Below, piece after piece: positions 28,209 to 31,438 of a stretch of DNA of 31,438 nt. Each line of letters begins with the position of its first letter. Position 1 is the first letter of the stretch. The translations under genes and the position numbers were made by a program. The DNA is from a virus (Duplodnaviria; Caudoviricetes). The notes under the pieces were generated by a model. It was not told the DNA's origin, searched no databases, and was given only the letters and a program-made list of their open reading frames with translations. The stretch spans positions 1-31,438 of the IMG/VR virus record IMGVR_UViG_3300005805_000299; one strand, given 5' to 3'.

Positions 28209-28913
28209 TTATGACTCTCTTAATGTATATTTAACTGGGAACCTAATGACTGAAATATCATTAATTTCAATATGCTTCCTAAATACCGATTCTGGGTGAA
28301 GTCCAATATTTTTATTAGCATATTCTACTAATTTTGTAAACAAAAGGCAAACTTTTCCCATAGCATCTCTAGAGCCCATACTCATTTGGTCGTTGTCCCC
28401 GCCTCGAAAATCCCTACCTATTGGTATGTATATAGTGTTTGGCTTAACATCTATAACCTGAAAACTGTCAAATAGTAAATCAAATCTCATTCTTATGATG
28501 ACATCATACTTGAAATTGTTTATATCTTCATAATGCACAACATTTTGAAAACATCTCCATATTTTATAATACATGTAAAAAACATTTTCAAGTTTTGTTT
28601 CATGTGCGTAACTTCCATCGTAACCAGTCGACCAGTTTCTTTTGTTTGTAACATTATATTTAATGTTATTAAAAACTGGGGATGTATTAAAATCTTCAAA
28701 TATTGCTATTTTTGGTTTATATAGACTTATAATCTCGTCAGGAGAAGCATCATTTGCAAAAACTCTTTCATTAGAACCTATAATTTTGCTTTCTGGTGTC
28801 CAAGTATCTATAAAAACATCTGCATTATATGGTTCGATTATTTTAGCACGTATTGAGTCTGCGCATTCTTTTGCGTTTCTAATTTGTCCCGTAATCAGTA
28901 TGGCAGTTTTCAT
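28209..28913 (-). CDS. Putative glycosyltransferase-like protein
   Basis: Pattern A....GQ.R...DVF..TW...M.Y....YD.IIR.R.D...D...G....M...PE, typical of uncharacterised proteins in polysaccharide loci and large viruses. The transferase activity is inferred. Confidence 0.55.
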   Translation of the reverse strand: MKTAILITGQIRNAKECADSIRAKIIEPYNADVFIDTWTPESKIIGSNERVFANDASPDEIISLYKPKIAIFEDFNTSPVFNNIKYNVTNKRNWSTGYDGSYAHETKLENVFYMYYKIWRCFQNVVHYEDINNFKYDVIIRMRFDLLFDSFQVIDVKPNTIYIPIGRDFRGGDNDQMSMGSRDAMGKVCLLFTKLVEYANKNIGLHPESVFRKHIEINDISVIRFPVKYTLRES

Positions 28914-28919
28914 AATAAA

Positions 28920-29531
28920 CTATTTGCTCCAGGCAAATCCAATACCCCAATCATTGGGGCAAGAATTTACTTCAACATTCCATTTTTGAGTATCAATATT
29001 TCTGATGAATAAAAATGGCCCGGGGTGTTCAGCTGTATCATGAAATCCAACAATACCATCTTTAGATAGCCATTTAGTATATTCCCATTCAGTTAATACG
29101 TGATTAACGCTATGGAACCCATCAATAAAAATAAAGTCAAATTCTCTGATCCCTAATGCATTGATTTTATCCATATTCTCTTCAATTTTTCTACTGTCGT
29201 TCTTTATAGTGAAGACATTTTGGGATGGATTATCTAAAAAATTTTTGTTCTCGATGTCAATTCCAATATATTTTGTTTCTGGTAGTTTATTGTTAATAAA
29301 TACAAAACTCGAACTATTTTCTTTATTTCTTGCAACGCCAATCTCTAAGATTGCACGGCAACGGTCTTTTATAGATAGGAACTTTTTGCGCAATGCGTTT
29401 CTATTGCAATCAGTAAACTCTTCATGTGGCCAGCTGGAATGTGGCGTCTCTCTTTTAATATAACCATTGTCAGCATCATCTCTATGATCATTAAATCTGA
29501 TATCTTTTAATAAATCCTGTTTCCACTTCAT
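28920..29531 (-). CDS. Class I SAM-dependent methyltransferase (Methyltransf_24-like)
   Basis: ILEIGV, IGIDI, FDFIFIDG.HS, L...GIVGFHDT. Confidence 0.88.
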   Translation of the reverse strand: MKWKQDLLKDIRFNDHRDDADNGYIKRETPHSSWPHEEFTDCNRNALRKKFLSIKDRCRAILEIGVARNKENSSSFVFINNKLPETKYIGIDIENKNFLDNPSQNVFTIKNDSRKIEENMDKINALGIREFDFIFIDGFHSVNHVLTEWEYTKWLSKDGIVGFHDTAEHPGPFLFIRNIDTQKWNVEVNSCPNDWGIGFAWSK

Positions 29532-29584
29532 GTTAATTTTTTCTTTTTTTAGATTTAAGTGCCCATTTTGTAACTATTTGTTAT

Positions 29585-30784
29585 CTAATTAGATCCCCAC
29601 TTATCTATAGCAGCAAAAAATTCTTCTTTGGGGGTTTTATCTATTGCTTGGCGCATTGCTAACGCGCCTGCTAATGTTCCACCAGGGTGGCCATGAATAG
29701 CTCCACCGCAGTTGGCAAGAAAATCTATGCCAAATTTGTCTACCGTTGGGTTTACAATGCCAGGATGCATTCCACAGCTTAATGCTGGGAGCACATTACG
29801 TTTATGCAGTATATCCATTATGTTGCGAAGCTCTTCGACGTCGTTGCTAAGATAGCCGCCCCACATGCCTGCATGAATAGTATCAACGCCACATAATCCT
29901 GCTAAGTTACAAAGAACACTCCAGTCAATACTAAATGGGTTGCGCTTGTCCGTTAAGATCTTATCACCACTTTTTTGATAGTGGATAAACAAAGGCAAAT
30001 CTAATTTGCGAATCGAATTGTAAACACCTAACCCACTCCAAAAATTGATATGAACACCATTGCCACCATTTGCTGCTACAAATTTAGCACGATCCAAGAC
30101 AGCATGATGATCCCCATTAATACAAAAACAATAGATTACTCCGCGACCGCAGTTATTAATAATATTGCTAATTAGTTCAACCCTATCTTCTAAACGGCAG
30201 AAGGATGGATTAGAAAGAATCTCATCTTCTTTGATAAAATCAACACCGCCATCTAATAGCTCCTTAACCATTTCTCCAAGGGTTATTGGAGAAATACCAG
30301 TTTTAGGCTTTACAATCGCACCAGAAAGAGGCTTATTGTAACGGTTGACAAACTTACGGATGCCACTAATACCATTCTTAGGTGCCAAGAACTCTGCCTC
30401 TACATCAGCAGGGAACTCTATTTTCTTAAGACGGCAAGCTTTAAATATATCAATATCTAATTGTCCGCCCATTACTTGGCATAGTAAATGTGAGATTCCA
30501 TCGCCTTTCCAATCAGTATTAGATTTAGGGAATCCAATTTTGACTGTTCCTTGATAAACCCCGGTCAAATTCTCTTCTATGTCGTAGATAACGCAAGATG
30601 CGAGTTCAAAAAGGTCATCGTTTTCCCAGCGATTGCGAACTTTTGGATTTCCCACGCTTTGGCCAATAGCAAGACTCCAGGCAGCATCTTTCAGGTCACC
30701 AATATGATGATGCGATTCAATGTAATACGTTGCTACAATACAACGGTCTTTTTCGTCTTTTGTGAGTTCTCTAAAGAATTTCAT
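29585..30784 (-). CDS. RuBisCO large-subunit superfamily protein, RuBisCO-like (form IV-type, non-carboxylating)
   Basis: IVKPKTG, GGVDFIKEDE, D.IHAG, PALSCG.HP, GGAIHGHPGG..AGA.A.RQA, terminal AIDKWG. Several carboxylase residues are substituted. Confidence 0.93.
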   Translation of the reverse strand: MKFFRELTKDEKDRCIVATYYIESHHHIGDLKDAAWSLAIGQSVGNPKVRNRWENDDLFELASCVIYDIEENLTGVYQGTVKIGFPKSNTDWKGDGISHLLCQVMGGQLDIDIFKACRLKKIEFPADVEAEFLAPKNGISGIRKFVNRYNKPLSGAIVKPKTGISPITLGEMVKELLDGGVDFIKEDEILSNPSFCRLEDRVELISNIINNCGRGVIYCFCINGDHHAVLDRAKFVAANGGNGVHINFWSGLGVYNSIRKLDLPLFIHYQKSGDKILTDKRNPFSIDWSVLCNLAGLCGVDTIHAGMWGGYLSNDVEELRNIMDILHKRNVLPALSCGMHPGIVNPTVDKFGIDFLANCGGAIHGHPGGTLAGALAMRQAIDKTPKEEFFAAIDKWGSN

Positions 30785-31107
30785 TGCTTAATCTCAAATT
30801 TATCCTGCGGTAATGAAGGAACCTTTGCACATACAATTATGCAGTTTTCAAGAAAAACGGGATCAGCAATCTCACCTTTCTCAAAGACAAATACATCTCC
30901 ACTATTTAATTCTTTCCCTTGAACCGTCATTTTTCCACTGACTAATACATTATATTCTATACTATCTTTATGATAATGTGAAGGCCATTTTTCCCCTTTG
31001 TAATGGGTTAAAACTCCAACTTCAAAATCTTTGGTTCGTAAAACTGTTGGCTCAAAATCCCCAATAAACCAACCTCTTACATAATCAGTAATCTTTGTTA
31101 TATTCAT
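30781..31107 (-). CDS. Cupin-fold protein
   Basis: GWFIGDFEP, H.H....E...V.SG, L..GD.F...GE. ATGA overlaps on both sides. Confidence 0.85.
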   Translation of the reverse strand: MNITKITDYVRGWFIGDFEPTVLRTKDFEVGVLTHYKGEKWPSHYHKDSIEYNVLVSGKMTVQGKELNSGDVFVFEKGEIADPVFLENCIIVCAKVPSLPQDKFEIKQ

Positions 31108-31436
31108 ATTTTGTCTAAATATTTTTCTAAGTCTTCAGGTGTTCCTACTGGGTTATGTTGCCATTCTGGGATATGATGTATACCAACTTTCAATTGACTT
31201 TTTATCATATAATTATAGGATGGTCCGACGTAAAATTCACCATTTGGTGCTCTATCATTACATTGTATCATAGACTGAGAGCTTTGTACAAAGTATTTTC
31301 CCTTTCTCCAGTAGTGAATTCCGTTTAGAGAAATATTACTAATAACCTCTTTCTCTCTTATTTCTTTGACAAATCCATATCTATCAATTTTAGCGTAACT
31401 ATTTTTTGGGGTTGTAGCAGTATAAGTTACAACTAA
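31104..31436 (-). CDS. Sugar-phosphate nucleotidyltransferase-fold protein (GT2_BcE/BcbE-like), C-terminal 110 aa, 5'-truncated (not in the ORF track)
   Basis: Hand translation: LVVTY...SYAKID..G.VKEIREKEVISN..LNGIHYWRKG.YF.....MI..NDR..NGEFYVGPSYN...GTPEDLEKYLDKI. The TGA overlaps the cupin ATG. Confidence 0.85.
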   Translation of the reverse strand, partial: LVVTYTATTPKNSYAKIDRYGFVKEIREKEVISNISLNGIHYWRKGKYFVQSSQSMIQCNDRAPNGEFYVGPSYNYMIKSQLKVGIHHIPEWQHNPVGTPEDLEKYLDKI

Positions 31437-31438
31437 AC

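Larger units (their letters stand above)
1..31438. mobile_element. Segment of a large (probably jumbo) tailed bacteriophage genome: tail/baseplate/fibre module plus glycan-modification cluster
   Basis: Tail-fibre assembly chaperone, fibre and collagen motifs, small basic phage proteins, very long beta-rich ORFs, 0-22 nt gaps with ATGA/TAATG overlaps on the + strand, no cellular core genes. Genome size and lifestyle cannot be seen here. Confidence 0.88.

Noticed and set aside
29585-30784. Bona fide CO2-fixing RuBisCO (rbcL) as an auxiliary metabolic gene
   Set aside because: E60, N123, H294 and K334 equivalents appear substituted, and no rbcS or phosphoribulokinase is in the window.
27939-30922. 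Plus-strand ORFs opposite the glycan cluster (27939, 28533, 28642, 29161, 30345, 30551)
   Set aside because: Antisense shadows of well-supported minus-strand enzymes.

Overview
AT-rich window from what appears to be a large tailed-phage genome; no host housekeeping genes, rRNA, tRNA or CRISPR are visible. Bases 1-26742 (+) form one densely packed, translationally coupled virion-morphogenesis run. It contains large beta-rich tail/baseplate-type proteins, four paralogues with a shared architecture (one split in-frame into two genes), three small lysine-rich proteins, a lipoprotein with a second membrane segment, domain-shuffled fibre genes with a fibre-assembly chaperone, and a terminal sigma-70-like gene. 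Bases 26747-31438 (-) form a convergent cluster that reads, in transcription order: BcbE-like sugar nucleotidyltransferase (partial), cupin, RuBisCO-like protein (RLP) with a non-carboxylase active site, SAM methyltransferase, putative glycosyltransferase, PLC/GDPD-like phosphodiesterase, NUDIX phosphoesterase, and a very acidic winged-helix protein. The best candidate for an undescribed system is this phage-borne RLP sugar-activation/glycosylation operon. It may act on the Ser-Gly/Thr-Gly-rich patches of the neighbouring virion proteins, which is a hypothesis. All family calls come from motif recognition by eye and all counts are hand counts; no searches were run.
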